Notes: generated by a model not told the origin, from the sequence alone. A stretch of DNA of 64,000 nt from Vulcanimicrobiota bacterium (GCA_050250895.1 JBFWNU010000003.1:299292-363291); one strand, 5' to 3'. Shown: positions 52,575-62,537, counted from the first letter of the stretch. Made by a program: numbers and translations.

Positions 52575-53054
52575 GTGTTCGAAGAAGAGTACGACAAACC
52601 GCTCTATCTAGAGGCCTTCAATTTGGCGATGTCGTTCGCCGCCGAAGGCCTGCAGATGGACCGGGGCATTATCACCTATTCGGGCAACGGGCGCGTTCAC
52701 AACCTCGAGGCCGAATCGATCTGGACGACTCAACCCATCAGTCTAACCCTCTTGAAAGAACTGATCGAAGGCCGGGTCTCGTGTCTGACCGCCATCACGC
52801 CTGAGGTGAACCAGAGTCTGAGCGTGACTCTGAGCACCATCCACAGCGTGCTCTTCGTCCCGATCCGGGCTCGCACATCCGAAGTTTGCGGGTTCATCTA
52901 TCTCGACCGCTTGATCAACCGGGGAGCTTTCAAGCCCGAGCAACTCAAGCAACTCGAGTCGCTGATCAGCGGTCGGGTCGAGCCCTTGCTGCGCAAGACC
53001 GGCGCCATTCGTCCCCTGGTCTGGGAGGTTTTACTCAAGACCTGCTGGATATGA
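52575..53054 (+). CDS. Stand-alone GAF-like protein
   Basis: SVLFVPI...GFIYLDR...GAF. Confidence 0.65.
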   Translation: MFEEEYDKPLYLEAFNLAMSFAAEGLQMDRGIITYSGNGRVHNLEAESIWTTQPISLTLLKELIEGRVSCLTAITPEVNQSLSVTLSTIHSVLFVPIRARTSEVCGFIYLDRLINRGAFKPEQLKQLESLISGRVEPLLRKTGAIRPLVWEVLLKTCWI

Positions 53055-53863
53055 AGACGCAAACGATCGGTCTTGAGACGTTTCAGCAGGCAATCGTGGC
53101 CCGCAAGCTGGCCTCGCAAGTTCAAAGCTTGCCCCACCTCGAGTGGGACGGCGACTCGCCCTACAGCGGCCACCGGCCCTCTAAGCCGTTCGAGCAATGG
53201 AAGAGCCAGCCGCCCGCCAACCAGTTAGCCGAACACTGGAGCGAGCGATTTCTCGATGGCCAACGTTATGTAGCCTGCTTCGCCCCCCTCGAACTGGGGG
53301 CCGACTACGCCTATCGGTTCTTTCGCAAGAGTTGGGGGGCGGGCGCCAACGGCCGAGTGTTTTGCGTGCCGACCCGGGCGCGGCTGGCTCCTGTCTGCGG
53401 CGAGCCGAGCTTCGAAACGGTGCCGGAGGCGTGTCATCCGCTCGAGCGGGTGAGCGGGGACGGGCAGCCGGGGAGCTACTTCCTGGCTTCGATGCTGATG
53501 CGCGAACTGCGCGATGCAGGAGCTTTCTGGCACGGAATGGCCTTTGACATGGGCGATCCCCTCGCGGTGAAGCCCGATTTGAAGCCGCTGGATACACGCC
53601 GTCAACCCACCTGGTGGGAACGGTTTCGAGGCAAGAAACCTGAAGAAGGCATCTACAAAGAGTGGGAGCTGCTGGCGGAACTGCCTTCCGACTGGAGGCC
53701 GCGGGTGGAAATGGGAGACCCGGTGGTGGTGAGTTACTACGCTCACAAACTGTACTACGGCGAGCGCATTCTACGCATTCGCGATTGCTACCGGCCAAGC
53801 CACTACGTCCCCGAGACCAGTCTCGAGGAGTTGGCCATCGGCCCCAGGATGGTGGTCGTCTAG
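53051..53863 (+). CDS. Hypothetical protein
   Basis: ATGA overlap with the GAF gene; 270 aa. Confidence 0.65.
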   Translation: MKTQTIGLETFQQAIVARKLASQVQSLPHLEWDGDSPYSGHRPSKPFEQWKSQPPANQLAEHWSERFLDGQRYVACFAPLELGADYAYRFFRKSWGAGANGRVFCVPTRARLAPVCGEPSFETVPEACHPLERVSGDGQPGSYFLASMLMRELRDAGAFWHGMAFDMGDPLAVKPDLKPLDTRRQPTWWERFRGKKPEEGIYKEWELLAELPSDWRPRVEMGDPVVVSYYAHKLYYGERILRIRDCYRPSHYVPETSLEELAIGPRMVVV

Positions 53864-54138
53864 TCGCCGCTCCAGGGGTTGAAGCGACCGCCGCGGACCG
53901 GCTCGCGACCCATCAAGGTTTCGAAAGCTTTGGCGGCCTCGGGACCGTGCTCTTCCTCGATTCGCTCGCGAGCCATATACATGGACATGTTGTACTCGGT
54001 CTGCGACCAGGGGTAGCCCTTGTAGGAGGCGGTGGCGCCGACCGAAGCGGTAACGGCTTGACGCACCTCGGCGGACATGCCCTTGAGGGGGTCGGGAAGC
54101 GGCTTCTTGGCCTGAGTGGCGCGGTGACTGATAATCAT
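53860..54138 (-). CDS. Small hypothetical protein
   Basis: 92 aa; GATAAT 6 nt before ATG. Confidence 0.55.
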   Translation of the reverse strand: MIISHRATQAKKPLPDPLKGMSAEVRQAVTASVGATASYKGYPWSQTEYNMSMYMARERIEEEHGPEAAKAFETLMGREPVRGGRFNPWSGD

Positions 54139-54170
54139 ATCGGAATTATCCTGGTCAGACCTGAAAGAAG

Positions 54171-57100
54171 TTAGAAAGGCGGCTGCAGCGTCTCGAGCAG
54201 CTTCTGGTGAAAGGCCCGTTCCTCGCAGTCGGTGACCTCGGGCAGAGCCCGGTTGAGCACGCTAAAGAGGGCCGAGAGTATCAGATACAGGCGCTCGGGG
54301 CGATAGTTTCGGAGCAGCTCGCGAACCACGACATGCTCGCAATTGAGGACCGGTGCGTCGCGGCAGACACACAGTAGGCCTGGTTCGAGAGGAGTCAGGC
54401 TGAGCCTTTCCAGCAGGTGGTGGGGGAAAGTCGGGCTGAGCAAGCGGAACTCTTCGCGTAGGGCGGCCAGCAGTTCGGGGCCGGAAACGACCCTGGGCGG
54501 GGCGGCTTTGGGCGGCTCGGCCGCTGGCGGCCTGGGATCCTGAAGTTGGAACAAGGCGGCCAGGCGCTCTCCCAGCTCGCTTTCGGTTTCGACGTCGAGT
54601 TCAAGGTAGCCGCGCGTTTTGACCTCGTCGAGCACATGATCGAGCGGGGCCATCCGACCGTCAGGAAGGGGTATCACGCGTAGCTGGCGGGCCCGGGCCA
54701 GGCCGGATTGGTAAGCGATATGAGGTTGGGACCAGTCCAGTGCGTGCAGCAGGGCCAAACGAGCCACTTCGAAAGCCGGCTCGTGGACCGGCGGAAAGGC
54801 GCCGGCCAGTTCTTCGATGAGCAGAGTCAGAGGCTGCTCGAGTGACCCGGCCTCTAGCTCGAGGGGCACGGCGGCAAGGCCGGGGAGAAGTTCGCCGGGC
54901 AGCCGGGTGCTGGCGACCCCCAATTCGGCCGCCTGACCCTGGTGCTCAAAGGCCAGCCTGGCCAGCCAGGTGCGCCCGGGGTGGGCCAGTTCGAGTTGGG
55001 TGGGCGGCGAGATGCCCTGCAGCTCGAATCCCCAGGCACGCAAACGGGCCGCCTGGTCCCTGTCTAGAGCCAGCACCTTGCGGTCGGGTAGGGTCTCGCC
55101 TTGACTGGAATAGACCAGGGGAGGCGCGAGCTGGCGCAGCTCCTCGAGCGAGAGTCGGCCTCCACCTATGGTGGCAAAGACGGGCAGATGGTCGAAACGA
55201 GGGCAGAAGCCGGCCAGTGCCAGGCTCTGGAAGCGGTCGACCAGCTCGCCCTCGAGGGGCGTCTGGCGACCCAGCTCCAGCAAGGCGTTGAGGACCGCTT
55301 CACCCACGGCCATGCGGGCCAGGCGTTGCGAGGGTAGTCGATTCGAGCCGGCCACCAGGCCCCACTCGAACAGGTCCAGGCACGCTTCCACCGCGATGGG
55401 GCAGGGGAACAACCAGCTCCCCCAGGGCCGTGATTGAACTAACAGCTGGACCTCGATGCGCGGGGGGCCGGCAAGGACGGGAAGCCCCACCTCCCCGCGC
55501 AGATCGGGTCGCTCCACCGTGATCTTCGCCAGCATCCCCGAACCCAGCTGAGCCGACTGCCGTTGGCGGGCCAGAAAGCCCTCGCGCTGACTGACGTCGA
55601 GGGCTTCGGTGCCGAGCAGGCGCGCCAGCCGGTGGGCCGACTCATGCTCGAGCAGCGGCAGGTCGGGAGAGCCCACCGGACTGGTGACGAACTCGAGCTT
55701 GTCCTTCCAGGGCAGGGTCCGCAGGCTGCGATAGTCTCCCCCCACCAGAGGCACCAGGGGCGCCTCGGCCAGGGCGGCCAGGTGCCCCGGAGAGAAGTAG
55801 TCGCGCCCGGCAGCCAGGCAGGTGAGCAGGGCGCGTCGAGCCGCTCGCTGACCCTCGTAGGGCAGCTCGGCCAGCCCGTGCACACAGGCTCGGACGGCCA
55901 GCTGGGCGCCCTCTCGCAGGGCGTGGTCGTTGCCGCTGGCATCGGTTCGGACCGCAATGGGAAAGTCGAGCACCGCCCCACCCGCCCGCAAGCCCGTGGC
56001 TGGAGGCTCCAATAGGCGCCAGACGCCGTCGAGCCCGCGGTATTCAAAGAAGAAGGGCTCGTGACCGAGGCTTGGGCGCGGGCTGCTAGGGAGGATGGGA
56101 GCCAGGCTTTTTGACGGGGACGGCTGGATGCGCACCCCTCGCAAGAAGGGTTGAGCGGCCTCCTGCGCGGGGTCGAGCCGAGCGGCCAATTCGGGAATGG
56201 CCTGCTTGACGGCCTCGATCACCGCGGTGCGAGCGGGGCATTCCGGATCGAGAGCATCCCAGCTCCAGTTGGGTCGAAAGTCGGGATGCTCGAAGATGCC
56301 GACCAGGCCATCGGGCCACTCGACGAAGCGTTCCACCGCCAGGGCCTTGAACTGGCGTAGATAGGTCAGGTTGGCCACCGTCTGCCCGGCCACCCCCAGC
56401 CGACCCGTGAAGCCTGGACCGTTGATTTCCATTTCGGCCAGCGTGCCGTGACGCAAGCGCAGCGGGATCGGGCGCCGTTCGAGGTAGGCTCTGCGGTTGA
56501 CCGTGGCCTTGCGAAAGCTCGCGAACAATTCGTCGGCCGGGGTCAGATTGACGAACCAGCTTTTCAAGACCGGCCCGGTTTCGTCGTCGCAGACAACCAC
56601 GGGCTCGGGGGTCGTCAATTCGGTGTCCCAGCCCGTCGCCCAAACCAGCAGGCGGTTGCGGGCGGCATAATGTTGCCACAGCATATCGCCATTCATGGGG
56701 CGGCCGTCGACCCCCTCGAAGAGGGGCAGGCGCATGAGCGGACCGCGGGCGCCCTGGGGGCCGGCGCGCAGATGGGTCAGGCACAGACGCACCTCTTCCT
56801 CACCGAAGCCGTTCGCCTGCTGGGCGAGTTCGCCGTAGGCCTGCTCGACCATCTCACGCAGGGAGGCGGTCAGTCGCAGCAAAGGTTCCGAGTCGAGCAG
56901 TTCCGACTGCGAGACGTTCTTGGGCAGCCAGGGCAAGTTGGCCACGATGCGGGCCCCCACCAGCGGACGCGCCTCGAAAGCCAGTCCGTTGATCACCAGC
57001 GTCAGGCTGGGGTCTTGCCGGTGCAGTCGGATAACGGCCGTATAGTCCCCCGGCGTGCGGGCGGTGGCTGCCCAGCGGGCCTGCCCCTCGAGGTTGGGCA

Positions 57101-57731
57101 GCAAGAGCTCGGGATGCGCCAGACGCAGTTCGAACGAGCTGTTGTCGGCCGGCAAGCGGCCCGCCACGTTGGCCCCGTTGACCACCACCGGCACCGGGCA
57201 GTAGCGGCAGTTCAAAGCCAGCGCCTCGATCTCGGGCGGCCTCTTGAAGAATCGCTTGACCGCGCGCCAGTGGCGCTCTTTGACGTGGATGCGGGTCGAG
57301 CGGCCCTCGGTGGGCTCGGTTCTGGCCACCTGTTGCGTCTGACCTTGCAGGCGAAGCAAGGTTCCCTGGCTGGTGGTGACCGTGATCCAGGCCGGCTCGA
57401 AGAGCAAGGCCGAGTTGAGGCCGATGGCCAGTTCTCTGGGCACGGCGGCGGCGGACGTATCGGGCTCGAGCAGGGCCGCGAACAGGTTCTCGAGACGCTC
57501 GACGCTCAGGGGATGACCGTCGTGGACCACCACGATGTCGTCGGAATCGATGGTGACCTCGACCCGGGTGGCGCCGGCGGCCACCCCCGAACTGACCAGA
57601 TGGCAGACATACTGGTGCGGTTGATGCAGTTGAAAGCGGCTAAGCTTGTCGCGGGCTTTGTCGAGGGCCAGGGTGAAGACCCCCGACGAGTCGACCCTTC
57701 CCCGCAGGCCGTCGAGGTAGTCCTCGACCAC
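54171..57731 (-). CDS. Large protein with degenerate GHKL/Hsp90-like N-terminus and internal repeats
   Basis: SGVFTL...KLSRFQL...AAGATRVEV...HDG...LAIGLNS; 1186 aa. Confidence 0.7.
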   Translation of the reverse strand: MVEDYLDGLRGRVDSSGVFTLALDKARDKLSRFQLHQPHQYVCHLVSSGVAAGATRVEVTIDSDDIVVVHDGHPLSVERLENLFAALLEPDTSAAAVPRELAIGLNSALLFEPAWITVTTSQGTLLRLQGQTQQVARTEPTEGRSTRIHVKERHWRAVKRFFKRPPEIEALALNCRYCPVPVVVNGANVAGRLPADNSSFELRLAHPELLLPNLEGQARWAATARTPGDYTAVIRLHRQDPSLTLVINGLAFEARPLVGARIVANLPWLPKNVSQSELLDSEPLLRLTASLREMVEQAYGELAQQANGFGEEEVRLCLTHLRAGPQGARGPLMRLPLFEGVDGRPMNGDMLWQHYAARNRLLVWATGWDTELTTPEPVVVCDDETGPVLKSWFVNLTPADELFASFRKATVNRRAYLERRPIPLRLRHGTLAEMEINGPGFTGRLGVAGQTVANLTYLRQFKALAVERFVEWPDGLVGIFEHPDFRPNWSWDALDPECPARTAVIEAVKQAIPELAARLDPAQEAAQPFLRGVRIQPSPSKSLAPILPSSPRPSLGHEPFFFEYRGLDGVWRLLEPPATGLRAGGAVLDFPIAVRTDASGNDHALREGAQLAVRACVHGLAELPYEGQRAARRALLTCLAAGRDYFSPGHLAALAEAPLVPLVGGDYRSLRTLPWKDKLEFVTSPVGSPDLPLLEHESAHRLARLLGTEALDVSQREGFLARQRQSAQLGSGMLAKITVERPDLRGEVGLPVLAGPPRIEVQLLVQSRPWGSWLFPCPIAVEACLDLFEWGLVAGSNRLPSQRLARMAVGEAVLNALLELGRQTPLEGELVDRFQSLALAGFCPRFDHLPVFATIGGGRLSLEELRQLAPPLVYSSQGETLPDRKVLALDRDQAARLRAWGFELQGISPPTQLELAHPGRTWLARLAFEHQGQAAELGVASTRLPGELLPGLAAVPLELEAGSLEQPLTLLIEELAGAFPPVHEPAFEVARLALLHALDWSQPHIAYQSGLARARQLRVIPLPDGRMAPLDHVLDEVKTRGYLELDVETESELGERLAALFQLQDPRPPAAEPPKAAPPRVVSGPELLAALREEFRLLSPTFPHHLLERLSLTPLEPGLLCVCRDAPVLNCEHVVVRELLRNYRPERLYLILSALFSVLNRALPEVTDCEERAFHQKLLETLQPPF

Positions 57732-59221
57732 TAGGCGTACTGGGTTTGGCCCTGGCTGCCCACGTTAAGAGCCAATTCCATCTGGCCCAGCATCTCTTGC
57801 AGGTCGGGGCGAGCCTTGAACCACTCTTCATAGCTCTGCTCGAAGCCTTTGGGGGCCTGCTCGTGCAGGTATTCGTCGAAGTTAATGAGTTTGAAATAGC
57901 GGTGGAGATAGTCCAGACCCGTCTCTTCGGCGTGGGAACGGGCCCCGGGGTCGGTGCTCTGGGCGGCCCGGTCTTTGTATTTCTCGATGGCCGTGCGCAG
58001 GTTCTGCATGGCGGCGAAGCGATCGATGGACTCGTCGGTCTGACCCTTACTCTCGGGCCCGGCTTGCAGAGCCTGGATGAGGCGTAAAATGATGCGATAT
58101 TCGCCCTGTTCATAGTTGCCCTGTTCGCCGATATCGCCGCGCACCGCCTGGTGCTGGGTGAAGGTTTGCTCTTTGCCGGCCTGAACCGAGCGCAAGAGGT
58201 CGGCCACCACCATGGCCGTGGTGGTGCGGCCGCGTCCCGCGTGGCAGTTGAAGATCAGGGGAGCCTTGGGGTCGATGTCTTTGAGGGTGGCCACCAGCGC
58301 GTCGAAGTCTCTGTCCTCGGGAGCCTTCTCGTCGGTGATGGGAATGCGGGCGTAGTTGACCTGATAACCCTCGGCCTTGACCTCGGCGAAGACCTCTTGG
58401 GGAGTCTTGACCGAGGTCACATCCACCCACTCGGCCACCAGGCTGCCGTCGGCCGCCTCGCCGTGGAGCAAGATTTTGCCGCCGTGATTGGCGGCCTCGC
58501 GCAGCACCTCTTGCTGGAGCTGCTCTTCCTGGCGCTCGAGGGGAGCGGTGGTGATGCCCGAATTCTCGTCGAAATTGGCGAACGGTTGAGCTTCGAGGCG
58601 CAGACTGTAGGAGCGCCCGTTGACGTAGACCACCGGCTCTTCGCGCATGGTGGCCCAGGTGACCGAGTGCTCTTTGGCTCCCAGCCGGTCGAGCACCGCC
58701 CGCAGGCCCTGCTCGGTGGGTTGGGCCACCCCGTAGATGGAGGTGCCGTCGACCCCTCTGAAGTTGGGAGCGCCCTCGATGGTCTCGGGCAGTTGCCCGT
58801 TCTGCAGACCCGGGTACTGATCGAACTTGAGGATGCGGCCGGCACTGAGCAGCTGGCCATCGCGGGTGGCCACCACCGCCGCCGGCGAGGCTTCGAGCTG
58901 GGTCAACACCGACGGACTCTCGGCCGGTTGCTCGACGCTCACCGAAATAGAACTGGCGGGAGGCGGGGACGGCTGCGGGCTCAGATTCGACCATAGGGAA
59001 AGGGCTCCCAGTCCTACCAACCCGAGGGTGGCGGCCAGGCCGATCTTGCGCAGAGTGGCCGGGCGTACCTCGACCATCGGAACCGGGGCACCCAGCTCGC
59101 TCTGGTCGATAGGCGGGCGTTCGGAGGGCTCGGGCGGAGGCGCGCTGGGACTCAGGCCCTTCTTCGGGCTGGCTGGAGCGGTGTAGGCGCGAAAGACCAC
59201 TGGCGTGATTCGGTCGGACAC
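57731..59221 (-). CDS. Paladin/PTP-like (inositol phosphate) phosphatase, membrane anchored
   Basis: GAPNFR, GVAQPT, MREEPVVYVNG, RIPITDEKAP, FNCHAGRGRTT (CX5R); extended -10 TGCTATACT 6 nt before GTG 59221. Confidence 0.88.
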   Translation of the reverse strand: MSDRITPVVFRAYTAPASPKKGLSPSAPPPEPSERPPIDQSELGAPVPMVEVRPATLRKIGLAATLGLVGLGALSLWSNLSPQPSPPPASSISVSVEQPAESPSVLTQLEASPAAVVATRDGQLLSAGRILKFDQYPGLQNGQLPETIEGAPNFRGVDGTSIYGVAQPTEQGLRAVLDRLGAKEHSVTWATMREEPVVYVNGRSYSLRLEAQPFANFDENSGITTAPLERQEEQLQQEVLREAANHGGKILLHGEAADGSLVAEWVDVTSVKTPQEVFAEVKAEGYQVNYARIPITDEKAPEDRDFDALVATLKDIDPKAPLIFNCHAGRGRTTTAMVVADLLRSVQAGKEQTFTQHQAVRGDIGEQGNYEQGEYRIILRLIQALQAGPESKGQTDESIDRFAAMQNLRTAIEKYKDRAAQSTDPGARSHAEETGLDYLHRYFKLINFDEYLHEQAPKGFEQSYEEWFKARPDLQEMLGQMELALNVGSQGQTQYA

Positions 59222-59324
59222 CAACTCAGTATAGCACGGGAGCCGGGCCCCAACACCGGTTGACGAGGATGTAACAAGTTTGTAAAGTCGGGAAGCATTC
59301 TTCATGTTAGGCGACCGACCTGGC

Positions 59325-60608
59325 ATGCGAAAATTGCTCTGGCTGCTCCTATGTACCCAACTTGCCTGGGCCGATCTGCACGTGCTGGTCCACAGCACCA
59401 CCCAGGCCAGCACCATCACCGGCTATGAACTGGTGGGTGGGGCGCGGGTCACCCTCGAAGGCGAAGGCCGCCGTCTGGAGGCGACCTGCGACGCCAACGG
59501 CGCCCACCTCTTTGACGACCTCCCGGCCGGGACGTATCTGGTCGAGGTGCGCCAAGACGGCTACGCCCCGGTCAGCCGGGTGGTGAAAGCGCCAGGCCGC
59601 GTGGCCCTGGCGGTAAGCCCCCTGAGCGGCCCGGCCGGACGCGTCTACGTGGCCTACATTCCGTTCTCGGACGCGGGCATGCCACGCAACCTCCAGTCCT
59701 TGCGGGCTCGCATTGTTAACGGCCAGGACCCACTGGGAACCGAGGCCAATCCACCGCTCGACGCTTCGCGGGTGCGCTCCAACGGCGAGCAGATCTTCCC
59801 CGTCAACGCCAATGCCTTGACCCGCGGCCGAGCTAACGCTTTTCAGGCCCACTGGCTGTGCTTTGGCCCCGACAACCGGGTGCTCTATCGCGGCGGTCCC
59901 AGGCATCTGGAAGTTACCGACACGGTCACCCACGAGCCGCTCGCCAATCTGCCGATGCCCGGCAACGTGACCGGAATGACCCTCTCCCCGGACGGTCGTC
60001 TGCTACTGGTTGCCGTGTTTTCGGGTGACCCCGGCATCGCTGTGATCGATACCCAGACCCAGCGCCAGGTGGGCTGGCTGCGCACCCAGGGCGTTCCCCA
60101 GGGAGTGGTGGCCCTGCCCGACCGTCTGGCGGTGGTCACCGAAGGCCGGCTCGAGGTGCTGGGCCTTGACGGCACCCCGCTTGGCTCGGTGCCCCTCGGC
60201 ACGCGCAGCCAGGGCGCTTGCCTGGCTGGCGGGCTGGTCTATGTAGCCAATGGCGGTAACGGCAACGTGTCGATTTGCGACCCGGTCAATCTCCGGCTGG
60301 TGAGCCAGGTCATCGTCGGCGTCAACCCCACGCGTCTGGCCGCCACCCCCGACGGCGTTCGCGTCTTTGTCACCTGCCGGGGCAACGACCGGGTGGTGGT
60401 CATCGACACCGCCAGCGCCCGGGTGCTGGCCAGCACCTACGTCGGGCCCCAGCCGGTCGACATCGCCATCTCGCCCGACGGCACGCGGGCTTATACCACC
60501 TGCCTGGGCGACGGCACCATCGTTTCGCTCGACGCCCGCACCGGCCAGGCCGTGCACACGGCCGAGGCCCTGCCGAGAGCTACCCCCTGGGGCATCGCCG
60601 TGAAGTAG
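59325..60608 (+). CDS. Secreted protein: carboxypeptidase-regulatory-like domain plus YVTN beta-propeller
   Basis: Signal peptide; LPAGTYLVEVRQDGY; YVAN/FVTC repeats with VG.NP and SPDG. Confidence 0.85.
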   Translation: MRKLLWLLLCTQLAWADLHVLVHSTTQASTITGYELVGGARVTLEGEGRRLEATCDANGAHLFDDLPAGTYLVEVRQDGYAPVSRVVKAPGRVALAVSPLSGPAGRVYVAYIPFSDAGMPRNLQSLRARIVNGQDPLGTEANPPLDASRVRSNGEQIFPVNANALTRGRANAFQAHWLCFGPDNRVLYRGGPRHLEVTDTVTHEPLANLPMPGNVTGMTLSPDGRLLLVAVFSGDPGIAVIDTQTQRQVGWLRTQGVPQGVVALPDRLAVVTEGRLEVLGLDGTPLGSVPLGTRSQGACLAGGLVYVANGGNGNVSICDPVNLRLVSQVIVGVNPTRLAATPDGVRVFVTCRGNDRVVVIDTASARVLASTYVGPQPVDIAISPDGTRAYTTCLGDGTIVSLDARTGQAVHTAEALPRATPWGIAVK

Positions 60609-60611
60609 AGG

Positions 60612-60884
60612 AGCCGCTGCGCGGAGAGGGGAGCGGAGCGGAGCTCCGAGCTAGGAGCGAAACTCGCTGTCGCTCGTTTCGAGGTGGGCCTTCGGCCCGA
60701 CAAGCCGCTGCGCGGAGATGGGAGCGGAGCAGAGCTCCGAGGTGGGAGCGAAACTCGCTGTCGCTCGTTTCGAGGTGGGCCTTCGGCCCGACCAGCCGCA
60801 GCGCGGAGATGGGAGCGGAGCAGGGCTCCGAGGGGGGAGCGAAACTCGCTGTCGCTCGTTTCGAGCTGGGCCTTCGGCCCGACA
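60612..60884. repeat. Three tandem 91-bp repeats with GGGCC-TTC-GGCCC hairpin
   Basis: AGCCGC starts at 60612, 60703, 60794; GAGCGAAACTCGCTGTCGCTCGTTTCGAG in each copy. Confidence 0.92.
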
Positions 60885-60913
60885 AAGAAAGAGAGCGGCT
60901 TTCGCCGCTCTCT
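60884..60913 (-). terminator. Intrinsic terminator of the 60939-61190 gene
   Basis: AGAGAGCGGC-TTTC-GCCGCTCTCT preceded by an A-rich run. Confidence 0.8.
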
Positions 60914-60938
60914 CACCGGCTTGGCCGGTGCTTCCCGC

Positions 60939-61190
60939 TCAGTTGGTCGGGGGGGTCCAGTTGACAGCCATCATCTCGTACTGGCTATCGGTGAACGGGG
61001 CCGAGGCGGCGTCTTCGAGCGCCGGCCGTCCTGTATCCCGTCCCAGCACCATCAACAGGTTGCCATCCGCGTTGTCGCGGACGTGCAGCACCTGGAATCC
61101 CCTTTCCCCAAGCTCTTCGAGAGCAAGTTTGATGGCGTCCGGAGCCGGACGCACCGAGATCGATTCGTATTCCCATCTTGTGGCTGCCAT
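60939..61190 (-). CDS. Small DUF4177-like protein
   Basis: RWEY...LEELGERGFQV; GAGGAG RBS. Confidence 0.65.
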   Translation of the reverse strand: MAATRWEYESISVRPAPDAIKLALEELGERGFQVLHVRDNADGNLLMVLGRDTGRPALEDAASAPFTDSQYEMMAVNWTPPTN

Positions 61191-61381
61191 GGTCAGCTCC
61201 TCTCACGTGTTCGCCCCGCGGGCCCTATCTGGTTGTCCCCTATGTTCTGCATCGGGACGGTGGTCTCTGTCGAGAAAGGGAACAAAGTTTCGGGTCCCGG
61301 CTGCTTTCAGAAAAATTTTGGGCCGGTTGCTTATTCTGTCCCCATATATAACGAACAGCTCATCAAGGGACCAACTCACTA

Positions 61382-62536
61382 ATGCGGATTACCAATCAAA
61401 CCTCGAGCACACTTCCAGCCAGGCCGGCGAGTCGCAAGGACAAGGATACTTTCGACCCGGGCGTGCCCAACTATTACGGCCCGGAAGACGGACTCTCACG
61501 GGCTCCGCAACATCAGAAGGCTCTCCAGGGGCTCTCCCGTGGGCTACTGGCTCTGCACTGCCGCGCGGAGATCGAGGGGCAAGAAAATCTGCCCACCGAG
61601 GGCGCTCACATGTATGCCAGCAACCACTCGACGATGTTCGACGTGTTGCTGGCCACGGCGCTTCCCGAGCAAGACACCCGCTTTATGGCCACCATCGACC
61701 TGTTTCAGAACAAGGTCGGGGCCAAGTTGGCCACCTGGATGGGGGCCTTCCCGGTGAACCGCCGCCATCCATCGCGGGTCTCGCTCGAGCATCCCCAGAA
61801 CGTGCTCAAGGACGGCAAAGGCTTCTTCATCTTCCCCGAGGGAACGTTCCCGGCCGAAGGCGCCGAGGGCAAGATTGGTCCCTTCAAAAAGGGTGCCGCG
61901 GCTATCGCCCTAAAGGGTCAGGCCGAGTCGATCATCCCGATCGCCATTCACTACGCTCCCAACGACCAGCCCCGCACGGGCGAGAAGATTGCCGGTTATC
62001 TGGCGGCGGCGGCTGTGACTGCTGGCGGCGTGTTGGCAGCCACGGCCGGCCCTACCATGCAGACCATCGCGGGCACGGTCACGGGAATGCTGACCGGCGC
62101 CTACGTGGTCGGCCGGCTTGCCGCCCGCCACACCGAGAACAAGAAATTCTGGAACCCAACACCCAAGTATGCCGCCACCGTCATCGGTGGTCTGGCCGGC
62201 GCCGTGGTGGGTGGCCTGGCAGGCGGACTGGGCACGGCCCAGATCGCCGGTCACCTCGGCTATCAGGTGGCGCTCGGCACCAGTGCCGCGGCCGGCCTTT
62301 CGACTCTGGGTCTCAACAGCTGGTGGCGTGAGCGGCCTGTGGCCCACGTCAAGATTGGCGAGCCCATCCCCATGGCCGACTTCCACGAAAAGGCCAAGAC
62401 CGACGAGAAAGGCACGACCAAGGAACTGATCGGCGTCATTCACGAGAAAGTCGGTGGACTCAAAGCCGAACTCTCGGGCGTGCCCTACGTTCGGCCGGCC
62501 GATCTGATCGAAACCGGTTTCCCCGAAGCCGGCTAA
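61382..62536 (+). CDS. PlsC-like acyltransferase with Gly-rich hydrophobic insertion
   Basis: NHSTMFD (HX4D), FPEGT, GPFKKG, IIPIAI...VKIGEPI. Confidence 0.85.
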   Translation: MRITNQTSSTLPARPASRKDKDTFDPGVPNYYGPEDGLSRAPQHQKALQGLSRGLLALHCRAEIEGQENLPTEGAHMYASNHSTMFDVLLATALPEQDTRFMATIDLFQNKVGAKLATWMGAFPVNRRHPSRVSLEHPQNVLKDGKGFFIFPEGTFPAEGAEGKIGPFKKGAAAIALKGQAESIIPIAIHYAPNDQPRTGEKIAGYLAAAAVTAGGVLAATAGPTMQTIAGTVTGMLTGAYVVGRLAARHTENKKFWNPTPKYAATVIGGLAGAVVGGLAGGLGTAQIAGHLGYQVALGTSAAAGLSTLGLNSWWRERPVAHVKIGEPIPMADFHEKAKTDEKGTTKELIGVIHEKVGGLKAELSGVPYVRPADLIETGFPEAG

Positions 62537-62537
62537 G

